Shown here: piece after piece, positions 50,022 to 63,700 of the stretch
Position numbering within the stretch: the stretch's first letter is position 1
Layout: each line of letters starts with the position of its first letter
Assembly (NCBI GenBank): GCA_050273025.1
Contig: CP158636.1
Coordinates: forward strand, 6,262,001 to 6,326,000
Origin: Cenococcum geophilum
Lineage: Eukaryota
Reading direction: 5' to 3'
DNA: 64,000 nt
The notes under the pieces: generated by a model
Databases searched by the model: none
Told to the model about the DNA's origin: nothing
The model's input: only the letters and a program-made list of their open reading frames with translations
Made by a program: the position numbers and the translations under genes

Positions 50022-52496
50022 ACGTATGTGATGAGGTTATGAAGGTGACCCTAGTTATAACCGATCTACATTACCGCCTTCTAATTTAGGCTAGTTTATT
50101 GCCTAAATAAATATACTGCCGCTTTGAACATCAACACATCGACTTTTCCCCTTACTTCCTTGCACAGAACTCCATATTACCAAAGCCATGCCTTGCTGGC
50201 CGCGTGCTCTAGATGCAGAAGATCGTCTATAAGCAGCTTTAACAGCCTGGCGAACAGCAAGTCTCTATAAGAGCCCCGAAGCTTATGCGAAAGCCTATAA
50301 GGTTAGTCCAGTTACTTTCTGCTAGTGGCTCTAAGGCAAAACGCAGTCTTCCCGAGTTGCCCACGTCAATTAATATCGTATTACTCCAGCTGGCGAGGCA
50401 GCTATTGTTCGACATTGTATTTATCTTGCTAAAGCCGGGTTTCTATGTTGATATTATATAGTTCGGACGATTGCGACACTTGTTCTCTAGCGCGAATCCT
50501 CTAACCTTCCTTATACCTAAGTTATACCACTCGGTATAAAATGGATATACGGCTTCTTAAAACGGCAGGAGGAGCTTTATACTTGCTATGTGCAATTAAT
50601 CTCCTTAGAGCGCGCTATTGCTGGCAATAATCCTGCTCTAGTTAAGAGGTTTTTTACCGACTACTTAAATATGAAGACTTAGTACAATATTAATAACGCT
50701 GACGTATAGAATATGGATGAGACTAGCTACGCTATAGGCTTTGCATATAGCGCTAAAGTGGTTATATTAAGAGGCAATATTATTAACTTTAAGACAATTG
50801 ACGGCTCTAGGGAGTGGGTTTTATAGATTAATTTAATCAGTATATAAGGGGGGATAATTCCACCGTTTATTATTTTTAAAGGACGCTAATATATAGAATC
50901 GCTATGGTAAGAAGCAGAGGAAGCTATAGGCGAGTGTATAATTACAATAAGTAAAAATGGATGGTCAAATTAAGAGCTTAGGGTATGGTGGCTGGAGCAC
51001 TTTGAGCGCTATACCCGACGAACTAAGGTATAGGAGAGGAGGATAATAGAAGATAAAAATTAATACAACGGCTATCAACTATTAATTATAGATAGCCATA
51101 GTAGCCACGTTAATATTAAGTTCGTTAAGTTTTGCTAGTTAAAGAAGATTATACCAATTTGCCTACCGCCGTATTTAACGTACCTTCTTTAGCCCTTGGA
51201 TCTAGTCATCTTTTTAGTCCTTAAATGACTCTATTTATTAAAAGTTGATGAATATACAGCGCGCGGCATTACTGGTATTAATAGAGACTATTTTCTACGG
51301 ATACTAGGTGAGATTCGGCCGCAGGTATATACTAGAGAGTTAATTAGGAGCGCCTTTAAGGCTATAGGCCTCCTTCCCTTTAACCTAAATCGAGCCCTCG
51401 CGCGCTGCTCTAGACAGCTTATATCTATTAAGCTATTTACGCCTCCACCTTACCACGCAGAGGTAATGATCCTATCCTCCCCTATGCATCCTCCCCTGCC
51501 AGATAGCGAGCACGCTTGAGCTCGGTACACGCATACGATCCTTTATCCGGAAACTACGCCGGAGGCAATAAAGGCAGTTGTCTTAAAGTTAATGCAACAC
51601 TTACAGTCCTTAGAGGAAGGCCTTAAGCTTATATAAGTTAAAAACAACAATCTTCGGCAATGTACTAAGGAGAGGAAGGCTAAGAAGAAGCGTAAACGGA
51701 ATATACTCTCTACTGAATCGGTTCTTACTTTGGAAGCAATAAAGGAGCTTGCTACTACTAAAGAGGCCGCTTAGAAGGCTAAAGAGTAAGCTACGCTTAC
51801 TAGGAAATAGCTTAAGAAAGATTATTAGGTGGTAGTAGAGCTTGCTAAGGAGCAAGTTAAGGTCTAAAAGGCAGCCTAGAAAAGGGTTGCTGATGCAAAG
51901 GAGCTAGCCAAGGTTCACCGTAGAGAGGCAGTGGAGGCAGGAAAGGTAGCTAAGAATGCGCAGAAGGACTCCCTTACTGTCGCCAATATAGCTCGCAAAA
52001 AGCATACCAAAGAAGCTCGATTGGTGGCTAGTATAGCAGTCCAGTATGCAACATTGAAACAATTAACCGCGGATGAGCTTCAGAAGCGGGCGGAAGAGTC
52101 CTCTACTGCCGCCGCTACGGCTATGGCTCTTATTAAGCAACTTTAGGAGACCGCTAAGAAGGCGGTAGAAGAAGCTGCTTTACTAGAGGACTTGTAGGAA
52201 GGACAGGAGGATGATAATATAAGCAATTTAAGCGACGAAGAGTCTTTAGATGAGGAGCCCGAGTTAATTGGCGATATCTGGGGCCCAACTCGGTGGTTAG
52301 TTGAGCTCTGAAACACCAAAAATCGACTTTATATAGACTCTATTATATATATTTATGGCTTTAAGACTTCTTACTAACGATGTGATGACTTATAATGGCT
52401 TTTGCTAATTATTTACCACCAAATTAGCATTTTGGCAAATTTTGATTTTCAAATCGGTCATAACTAGGGTCACCTTCATAACCCCATCACATACGT
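50022..52496 (+). mobile_element. pogo/Fot1-like DNA transposon (2475 bp)
   Basis: Approx. 44-bp TIRs starting acgtatgtgatg; TA TSD; the A2 host sequence rejoins across it. Confidence 0.96.
50188..52311 (+). pseudogene. pogo/Fot1-type DDE transposase (approx. 707 codons, RIP stops)
   Basis: Start, 51931 ORF and terminal TGA share one frame; NMDET(G) ~50710, MDGHxSH ~51088, QPLD ~51189. Confidence 0.92.
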
Positions 52497-53891
52497 TAGC
52501 CGTTTATAAATTATATTAGGGTATAGAAATAGAGTAGTATTTTAAGATATAAGCCTAGCTTAATATATTATTCTTATTTAGGGGACCCTAGTAGGGTATA
52601 CTCTAGGGTTTTAAAGTTAATATCTATAGCATTAAGGTGCTTAGGCTAAGAAAATATCTTAATAGAGACTTATAGGGTTATTATATTATATTAAAAAGCG
52701 GGCTTTAGTATTAGGCGTAGTATATTATTATACTATTTATTAATAATGTCTATATAGGCGTTAAGGGCTCTTAGTAGGTCTATGCCTATTAAGGAAGTTT
52801 TTAGTTTAGGGCTTAGAGATTTAATAAGGCTATTAATTAGTATGGAGTTATTCTAGCCTATTTCCCTTATATAGCGGTTAAATTTAGAGAAGTATACTAG
52901 AAAACCTTTCTTTTTTTAAGTTATATGGTTTATCTTCCTTTAAGCAGTGGCTTAGCGGTTTAGGTTATTATATATAGCTTTAAGAAGTGTAATTAGGTTT
53001 TATACTAAGTTTAGTTAAAGAGGTTTAATAAGGTTAGCTATCTTTTCTCCTAGTTAACTTAGGGCGTAGTAGAGTTAGTTAGCTTTAGTTAGGTAGCGGT
53101 TAGTATTACTAGTTAACTTATTTCTAAGCTAGCTTAAAAATAACTAAAGCTCTTATTATTTATTAATAAATACTAGGGGGTCTAGTAGTTTTTTTAAGAT
53201 TGTTATAGTATAGTGGTTAGTTTAGGGTAAATAACTACTACTAGTTTAGGGCTTGCGTTCCGTATATAGGCCTTTAGGGATAGCGTTTAGTCTTAGGGCC
53301 CTAGTGTAGGTATCTTAAGAATGCGGATTTCTTCTTAGAGGGCTTTAATTAATTATTAGTGTTAGACCTTTTATTCTATAAGGGCGTTTATAAAGAACGT
53401 CTATAAACCTACTATCTGCTCTTTAAGTATAGTAAGTATATTAGCTACTATTATAGGAGCTTTAGGTACGTTCTATATTTTAATAATAGTATAGGTAGTT
53501 AATATAATATAGTATTACAAAGTAAGTATAAGCGACGATAATATATAACGAGGTAGATATTATTAAGCTATATATATAAACTATATAAACTATATAATAA
53601 GGTTAAAACGTTAAGTAAAAAAAGAAGGTAAGAAAATAGAAAGAAAGGGTATATATTATTAGCTTAGTTGCTTAATTAATATATATATAGAGTAGAATAG
53701 GATTTAGGTAGTAGTCCTAGCAAAACTTAATAGGATTTAGTAAAACTTAGCGGAATATAGTAGAATACAGCAGCTTACCATTAGATTGCTATAGATTGCT
53801 ATTAAATTACTATCTTGTATTTAATCTCTAGTTATTAAGTTAGTAGAAATAAGTAGACGTATATAAGGTATTATGGATATATCCTATAATA

Positions 53892-54679
53892 TACCGTAAA
53901 TACCTAGCATATAGGAAAGAGATAGATAGGATTTTTATATAATAGTGTTATAAATAAAGAACTTTAGATCCTTTAAGCGAATATAAAAAGTATAGGGAAG
54001 CGTAGTATGCGCTATATAATAATTAAGCGCTAATAGACTTCCATTTTATTCTAGGCTAAAAGCCTTACTTCTTTTTTTTTTAAAATAGGGAAGTAGTACT
54101 AGCTAGCTTAAATCCCTAGTAAATAAGGGTCGTCCTAATAGGCAGAAGGTAGCAGTATCCCTTAGTTAGCTTATATATCTAGGCATTTAGAGAGCTGGCA
54201 GCTATATAACTATAGGTAGATTTAGTAGATATTATAGCAGTAGTGGCGTACATCGGCTAAAGGAGACTTATAATTATATTAGTATTTATTCTAAATAGAT
54301 ATTTAAAGAAAACTAAGAAAGAAAACCTAGAGGAGCTCTCTAGTAGGCTAGAGATAATTAATAGTTTAATTTAGAGTAAACTATTGCGCGACCTATATAC
54401 TAAGGCAGTAATTATAGGCAACTTTAAATAGCACAATCCGCTATAAGGAGGAAGTTATATTAATACTATATTAACGCAGGAAGAATGCGCTCTAATTTTT
54501 AACTATATAGCGAACTAGTTACTCTAGAGCCTACTTCTAGTAGAAGTGTTTATATTTAAAAGTAATATAGGGCAAATATTAACAATTAATCTTACACTTA
54601 CAACCCTAGACCTAGTAAGTAAACTAGTAAAGTACGCTATTTAAGAGTATAAGTATAAGTTAGACTAGAGCTATCTATA
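53892..54679 (+). pseudogene. LINE (Tad1-like) ORF2 N-terminal APE endonuclease fragment
   Basis: De-RIP reading: QILQAN...FILGQEPY (~53965-54068), GDFxxHxPLWGG (~54417-54452), STIDLTL (~54580), xSD near 54660. Confidence 0.85.
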
Positions 54680-57600
54680 TATTATAAGACACCCCTATAA
54701 CACCTTATATACGTCTACCTGTTTCCACTAACTTAGCAACTAAAGACCGACTACAAGACCGCAATTTACCACAATCTATAGCAATCTAACGGTAATCTGC
54801 TGTATTCTGCTATATTCTACTAAGTTTTATTAAGTTCTACTAAATCCTATTAAGTTCTGCTAGGACTACTACCTAAATCTTATTCTACTCTATATATATA
54901 TTAACTAAGTAACTAAGTCCATAATATATACCCTTTCTTCCTATTTTTTTTACCTTCTTTCCTTATATAATGTCTTAACCTTCTTATATAGTTTATGTAT
55001 ATAGCTTAATAATATCTACCTTACTATATATTATTGCGACTTATACTTACTCCGTAATACTATGTTGCGTTAACTACCTATACTACTATTAATATACAGA
55101 ATAAATCTAAAACTTTTATAACGGCCGCTAGCATTATATCCGCACTTTAAGAATAATTAGTAGGGATATAGAAGTCTTTTATAGACGCCCTTATATAAAA
55201 CTAAGCTATTTTTAATTAATAATAAGCTAAATAAGAAGCATAACACTGGTAATTAATTAAGGACCTTTAAGAAGAAATCCGTACCCTTAAGATGCCTACG
55301 CTAGAACCTTAAGACTAAACGCTATCTTTAGAGATAAATACGTGGAACGTAAGCCCTAAACCCATAATAGTCTCTTACCCTAAACTAACTACTATACCAT
55401 AATAATCTAAATAACTATTAAATCCCTTAGTATTTACTAATAAATAATAAGAGCTCTAATTATTTCTAAGCTAGCTAAAAAATAAGCTAACTAGTAACAC
55501 TAACTGCTACCTAACTAAAGCTAACTAACTTTGTTACGCCCTAAGTTAACTAAAAAGAGAGGTAGCTAACCTTATTAAACCTTTTTAGCCAAACTTAGTA
55601 TAAAGCCTAGTTGTACTTCTTAAAGCTATATATAGTAACCTAAACCGCTAAGCTATTGCTTAGAGAAAAATAAACTATATAGCTTAAAGAACAAAGAGTT
55701 TCCTAGTATACTTCTTTAAATTTAACCATTATATAAAGAAAACTGGCTAAAACGACTCTGCACTAGTTAACAGCCTTATTAAATCCCTAAGCCCTAAACT
55801 AAAAACCTCCCTAATAGGCGTAGACCTACTAGGAGCCCTTAATGCCTACGTAAACGTTATTAATAAACGGTATAATAATATACTACGCCTAATACCAAAA
55901 CACGCTCCTTAATATAATATAATAGCCCCATAAATGTCTACTAAGTTATCTTAGCTTAAGCACCCTAATACTATAGATATTAACACTAGGACCCTAGGAT
56001 ACGCCCTACTAGGGTCCTCTAAATAAGAATAACGTATTAAGCTAAGCCTCTACTTTAAATATAGAAGTAACTCCTACCTCTTTAATTACTACTCTATCCC
56101 TATACCTAAATATAATTTATAAACAGCTAATACTAGTAACTATTTACCGTATTAATCTTCCGGTTACTGTCCCTAATCTTTACCTAGTTCTAGCCCTATA
56201 TCTAATAAGTACCACTTATAAGGGCGAAGCTATAACTAACGTTCTATAGGAACCCCTTCCCGCTTACCACTAAAAGGTATATTTTAGAGTTAAGTTACTC
56301 TCTAGAACGGCTCTGCCTTAAAATTTTATTAAATGCTTTAGATATTACGAACTCTAACTTTTAGGATTATAGTATAACCGTTAACTATTATCTTTAGCAG
56401 AATAATTAATAGGCTAATACTTAAGTCCTAATTAATATAGGAGCTAGTAGTATAGGATTTATTAATAAGATCTTTATATAAGATAATAGTTTTACCCTAA
56501 CCCCCTTTAACCGGCATATTAACGTATTTAGATTTAATAGTAAACGCACGGTCTTAGGCTAAATTACCTATATAGTATACCTAAGACTCTAATACCTAAA
56601 CCATAAAGAACTAATTAAACTTTTTGTTACCACCCTAAGTTACTTAGTAATCCTTAGATAACCCTAGATAAAGCTATATAAGGTGACTATTAATTAAAAT
56701 AACCTTAAGCTTTTATTTACTACCTCCTATTATAAACAGAAGTGCCTTATAACTTACTACTTAGACTTAAAACTAAAATCTAAAAAATCTACTAGAATCC
56801 ACTAGTCTAAAATTTCTATAACTATCTACCCCATACCTAAGGAATCTACTAAATTCCACTAACCTAGGAATTCTACTAAATTCTACTAAATTCTACTAAC
56901 GTAAGATTTTTTACTAATGTCTACTTTACGCCTAAGGAATCTACCAGATTTTACTAGTATAAGAATTTCACTAAATTTTACTAATATAAGAATTCTACTA
57001 ACATCTACTAAGGATCCGAAAACTCTACTAAATTCTATAAGTTATTACTAAGTACCGTACCGCCCTAAGCTAAGTAGAAGCTTAAGCTTAATATATAAAA
57101 ATACTAGAAGGACTAGTATTTTACTATAAAAAGGATTCTTAAAGAACTTAAACCTAAATTTAATACTAATTCTATACCTAATACTAAACCTAAACCTAAA
57201 TAAGAAACTATAGATAATCTAAGCAAGCTTAGCACCCTAGATATCTATATAATTAGAGCTACCCTACTAGCGCGACTCGCTAAGAAACCCGAATATACGA
57301 TCTTCGCTATTACTATAGCTAATATTAAGAAGGCCTTAGTACCGAAGAAGTACACCAACCCTGCTACGAAGGTACTAGTAGAGTACTATAACCGCCTAAA
57401 GGTATTTTTATAAAAGGAAGCCGATAAGCTACCGGAATACTAATCGTATAACTATAAGATTATACTTAAAGAAGGAAAGCAGCCTAGATTTGGACCCCTA
57501 TACGGGATATCCTAAAACGAACTCTAAGTATTATAAAAGTATTTAGATAAGAACCTAAGTAAAGGATTTATTAAAGCAAGCTTGTCGCCTATAGCCGTAC

Positions 57601-60600
57601 CAGTAATCTTTATTAAACCCAGTGGCGGTTTACGCTTTTATATAAACTACTAAGCTCTTAATGCTATTACCGTTAAGAACTAATATCTAATTTTGTTAAT
57701 ATAGGAGACACTAAACTAACTAAATAAGGCTCGCTACTATATAACGCTTAATATTATCTCTGTATTTAACCGCCTCTATATAGTAAAAGGAGATAAATAG
57801 CTTACTGCATTTTGTACTTAGTATAGATTATTTAAATACTTAGTAACGCTATTTGGCCTTATAAATGCTCCGAGCTCGTTTTAACATTATATAAATAATA
57901 CTCTACGTCCCTACCTGGACATCTTCTATACTATATATATTAACAATATCCTAATATATAGTAATAACCTAACTAAATATCGGAAATACGTTAACTTTAT
58001 CCTATAAGCCCTATACGGAGCTAGTTTATAATTAGATATAGATAAATATAAGTTCTATAAAATGGAAGTCCTATACCTTAGACTCCTTATTTCTATAAAT
58101 AGCATAAAAATAGACCTAAAGAAAGTTAAAGTAATTATAAACTAGTAAGAACCTAAGAACGTTAAGGATATAAGAGCCTTTATAGGATTTGCTAATTTCT
58201 ACTAACAGTTTATTAATAACTTCTCTGCCCTAGTTTTACCCCTTATTACTTTAACCTAAAAGGATAAAGCTTTTATCTTTAATAAGGAATATAAAAAGGC
58301 CTTCGCTTATTTAAAGGTTATATTTACTACTATACCTATACTTTAACACTTTAACTTAGAATAAATAAGTGTTATAAAAGCTAACTTATTTAATTACGTT
58401 ACTAGAGGTATTTTGTCTTAATATAACAAAGAAGGAGTATTACACTCTATAGTATACTTCTTAAAGCAACTAAGCCCTACTAAATATAATTATAAGATCT
58501 ATAATAAAGAATTACTAGCTATTATTAGATGCTTTAAGTAATAGTAACCTAAATTAGAAGGCGCCGGATTTCTAATTAAAGTCCTTAGCGACTATAAGAA
58601 CCTATAGTACTTTATAACTATAAAACAGCTAAGCTATTATTAGGCCCGCTAGTTAGAATATCTATTACGCTTCTAATTCTTAATTACGTACCGCCTAGGC
58701 GTTTAAGGTTAAAAGCCTAATACCCTAACCTAACGGTTATAAGATGCGCTAGTATTAGAAAAAGCGCGCTCTTACTAAAATTAAACCCTGCTTTATCCCG
58801 AACTATTTAACCCTCCTATTAAAAACCTTATAGTATACGTTCTTAAAATAACCGATTAATTAATTAAACAGATTATAATTAATAAATATCTAAATAATAA
58901 GTTTATCTAAGAGATGCTTAAGCTAATATAAGATAGTATTAGACGCTTTAAAAAGATTTCTTTAAGTAAATATAAAGCTTACGGAAACTGCTTATATTAC
59001 TAAAACCGCTTAGTTATACCTAACTATAACGAACTTAAGCTTAAGCTCCTTAAACACGTATATAATTTACCAGTAGCCGGCTACCTAGGCTAAGAAAAAA
59101 CCCTAAAACTACTCTAATAAGAGTACTACTAGCTAAATATATATAATATAATACAAATATATATCTCTAGCTGCTATATCTGCTAATAAGCCAAAGCTTT
59201 GCATAAGATGTATAACGGCCTTTTAAAGCCACTACCTGTTCTAGACCGAAGAGAGAAGGATATCTTAATTAACTTTATTATTAATCTCCTTGTAAGTAAA
59301 GGCTGTATAAATATTATAGTAGTTATAAACCAACTATCTAAAATAAGATACTTAATCGCCTGCCCTAATATATTAATACCTATTATTACCTAACTATGTC
59401 TAGATTATATATGGAAACTCTATAGACTCCCTAAAATAATTATCTCTAATAAAAGCGGCTAGTTTATTTCTGTATTTTAGAAAGAACTAACTACCTAACT
59501 CTATATTAAAGCACTGCTGTCTACTATATATTACCCAGAAATAGACGGTTAAATAAAATGTATAAATATTATAATAGAATAGTACATCCGGATATACACG
59601 TTATATTTATAAGATAACTAAATTAACTAGCTTATATTTACCGAGTTTACTATAAATAATTCCGTCTTAGAAACTATAAAGGTCTCCCCGTTCATAGCTA
59701 ATTACGGCTAGCATTTATAAATAGGTTTTAAACCTTTTAGTAATATTCCTTGCCCTGCTTATTACGCCTTATAAATTATAAAAGTAAATAAATTTGTAGA
59801 GAAGATAGAGGAACTATAACGGTTCCTTACTAATAAAATAATATAGGCCTAATCTGTCTATAAGGCTATAGCGAATAAGAAATAAACCCTAGCACCGGCC
59901 TACTAAATTAATAACTTTATTTAGCTAGATATAAGAAATCTAAACATAAAATAACCTGCTAAGAAACTTAATTAGAAGAATGCTAGCCCTTACAAGGTTA
60001 AGAAGGTTGTTTTCTCTTACGCCTACTAACTAAAGCTCCCTAATACGGTTAAAACCCACCCTATATTCTATACGTTAGTCCTTCGCCCTACTACCCCTAT
60101 ATTAGATGCCCTACCTAAACAGATATAGGACCCTCCCCTACTAGTTAAAGTAGATGGTAAGAATAAGTATTTTATTAAAAGAATTAATAATATTAAGTAT
60201 AATAAGCGGAAACGCTAATATATATACCTTACAAAATGGAGAGGCTTTACTAAGCCCTTATAGGAACCTATTAACTCTATAGGACTTATATAAGCCACAG
60301 AAGACTTTTATAAACTCTACTTAGAACTACTATAGCCCTACCTCGCAGAAGCTCGAGTTTAAAGGGGGGTACTGTTATAAGATACCCCTATAACACCTTA
60401 TATACATCTACCTACTTCTACTAACTTAGCAACTAAAGACCGACTATAAGACCGTAATTTGCCGCAATCTATAGTAATCTAACGGCAATCTGCCGCAATC
60501 TGCTATATTCTACTAAGTTCTGCTAGGACTACTACCTAAATCCTATTCTGCTCCGTGTATATATTAACTAAGCAACTAAGTCTACAATATATACCCTTTC

Positions 60601-60712
60601 TTTTTATTTCCCTACCTTTTTTCCTTATATAACGTCTTGACCTCCTTATACAGTTTATATATATAGCTTAATAATATCTACCTTGCTATATATTATCGCT
60701 ACTTATACTTAC
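54680..60712 (+). mobile_element. Near-complete Gypsy/chromovirus A3 (5' LTR 54680-55059; 3' LTR from 60373, cut approx. 9 bp before its end by G)
   Basis: LTR pair; PPT aaagggggg-tac; gag with zinc knuckle (~56050-56090), protease LIDTGASG (~56428), RT, RNase H, integrase, chromodomain (~60160-60320). Confidence 0.95.
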
Positions 60713-63700
60713 TATAAGGGATATTATTGTGGACACCTTGGGTTGCCCTTAGGATAACCCCCAGACGCCCCTTAGATAGTTACCGGTTACGTACTAGAGG
60801 TACATGCCCGTAGTATATAGTCTCTATAATCCCTAAGGCCTTACCTCCTTAAGGATTTATCTCTCTTACTAATCTATCCTATTCTAATCGTGTCCTTATA
60901 GCCCCCTATCTATAAAGTCCCCTTATGTTTAAATCCTTCCTACTCCTTTTTAGAAGGGTAGTTGGCTTTAAGAACCAGATTGTTTGTTTATATCTTTTGT
61001 TTATAACTACTATCCTCCCTTAAAAATCCTATACTAACCTAAATAGAAACTCTACGGATACCTTATAGAAAGCCGTCGCGTAAAGGTAGAAAGGTCCCTC
61101 TAATAGCGAGAGATTGCAATAATATAACCCTCTGGGTAAGATAGCTAAATGAGCCCTAATACCTAGATGCTCTAGGAGCTTAAAGACTTTTATATACTTA
61201 CGGTTACCGCTAAGAAAAACGCAGACACCCTTTATAACGGTTATAATGCTACTAAAAAGCAACCAGAACCCCCCTAGCCCCACCTAAGCTAATTAAAAGA
61301 TTAAGCGCTAGAGGCGACTCTAAGATCTTCCCCTAAGCTAAAAATGCTAGAGGAATATACTAATACGTTTAACTAGGGAACTAACTGGAACCCTCCGGGA
61401 AGACCACCGGCCTATAATTAGTATAGTAGTAGTATATAGACTGCTTACGAGCCAAGTAGGCCTACCCCTTTAGGTAATCTAAACTAACTACTAACTTAAG
61501 ACTTAAGCCTTATAGGGAAATCTATACTAGCTACTAGTACTAATACTACCTCTATAGCTAGAGCTTCCCTAAGGCTAAGGTTAGAAAGTTAAGAGCTCTA
61601 AACCGATATTCTTTAAGATAGATATTAGGAAGCTGCCGTAAGGCTCTTAGAAGCTATATAAGAAGGAGCTATTAATAAATATATTAGAAACCTCTAGGGG
61701 CAGGTCCAGATTTAGCAGAGCTTAATCTAGGCTGGATAAAATCTCTTATAACTTGGTTAAGGCTAAGGGCTTCCTAGGAGCTACCTAATATCTATCTAAA
61801 AAGGTATAGAAGACTTAAAGAGTTATCTACGCTATAAATAGAAAAAGGATATAAACTAACTAGTTAAGGCCTTTAGTAGTTTAGAACTCCGCTATAGACC
61901 TAACCCCTAGTAGTTGGACGATTGGGTTCGTAAGGTAGATAACTTCTTTAAGATGCTAATAATACGAGATAATACTAAAGAGCGTATACGTTCGATTATT
62001 AGCAAGATTAAAGACCAATTACTAAACTAGATCGCACTTAATTAGCTTAATAAAGAGTAAATTACTATATGGCTATAGCTGCAAACCTTTCTAAAGAAAT
62101 AGACTTAAGATCCGTATATTGTATAATATAATAATATAGAGCTATTTTGGAATGGGATATAGCTTAACCGCCATAACTTCCGCTAGTTTATAAACTTTAT
62201 GGAAACCTATACTTAATAAATAGATCTAGAGCCCTTTAAAAATAAGGACGGTAGCATCTATAAAAAGGAGAAGATTAGGTTTATCTAGGCTAGAATTAAG
62301 CTAGCAATTTATAACGAAATAAAGCGCGTGGGAGCCCTATTACGGATTACTATATATATGGATTTTAAACGAGCGGTTCTAAACACTAAAGATATAGTAA
62401 GGAACTAGACCTCTTTTAGTAGAAAGCTAAAGGGTTACTAAAAGCGCGGGCACTCTAGTAGTAACGTAAGGCATACCTAACCTTTAAAGAAGCCGTTCTT
62501 AAAGAGAACTTTAGAAGGGTTAAAGTTAGAAACCTTAAATAACGGGAAAGACTTTTAGGGCCAACCTAATACCCGTCTAGTACCTTTATGGGAATACTCT
62601 AAAAAGTTAAGAGAAAACTCTAAAGGCAGATTTTATTAGAAAAATAAGTAAGGTAATAACCGTACTAATAATCTAAAAAAAGAAAAGCCCTAGTTATAGA
62701 TCTTTTTTAGCTATAACTAGGGCAAGATACGGAAGGAGAGACTCTCTATATTGCTATTAAGCTGGAAATAACACTCTCTATAAGTAAGATGCGTTAGTTC
62801 TAAGCACTATATAATAGCGGCGCCGAAATCAATCTTATACGATATAATTTAGTAAAAGAGTATACTATTATAGGCTTTCTAGATAAGTATCGGATTAAAC
62901 TATATAGTGCCTATAAGCTTATAGTGTTAGTGGCCAATATACATAACCGTATTAAGGTAGTTAGCCCGTAACCCTTCTAGGCGGCTAACTTTATAGGTTA
63001 TAACTTTATCCTTAGATACCCTTAGCTTGCAGAAGTAAATCTTAAGATATACTTTAAGACAGGAGCCTTTAAATAGTAGAACGATAAAGGTTTAGAAGGG
63101 TGTATATTACTAATAAGCCTAAAGGACATCCTAGAGAATATAGCCCTAGGCGAAATAGTGTACGCTTTATACCTAAGGGAGTATTAAATCTAACCCCTAT
63201 TTAATAGCAAGATGGGTATAAAGCCTAGTATAGGTAATAACCCCTCTATAACGGAGACCCTATAGGGAACTACTAGATAGGTCGCAGAGGTATTATAGGG
63301 AGGTAGTAATCTTAAGGATCTTATAAGATACTTTAACCATTATAGGTTACTTTGGCTTAAGTAATATACGGAAAGTATACTATAGTATCTTAAGCGCTGC
63401 GTTAAGGATTCCTTACCTTTTACTAGCTACTATATAAAACGGTATAATATACGGTGGCAACTATATACAAGCAACTACTATAGCGCACAACGCTGCCCGT
63501 AAGTATTTTAAGGGAGCTCCGGGACCTACCTAATAATAATATAAAGGATAAACGCGACTTTAATTTATTAAATATTCTAGTAGGCCTAAGGGACTTACTA
63601 AGGGTATTTTTAGGTAGGAGAGCTAAAGTCCTATCGCAGAACTTAGAGTATAATTATGTAATTAATCTAAAAAAAGGTAAATAACCACCAAACCTTTCTA

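Larger units (their letters stand above)
46554..53891 (-). mobile_element. Gypsy A2, inverted, 3'-truncated within integrase (5' LTR 53513-53891); hosts the TRIM and the pogo element
   Basis: Reverse complement is collinear with A3 54680-~59297; very heavily RIP-mutated. Confidence 0.9.

Noticed and set aside
40..61283. Short ORFs in the supplied track as functional genes
   Set aside because: All are 100 aa or shorter and lie within TEs. They are either surviving in-frame fragments (18142, 37110, 41662, 42274, 51931, 59199) or antisense/off-frame noise.
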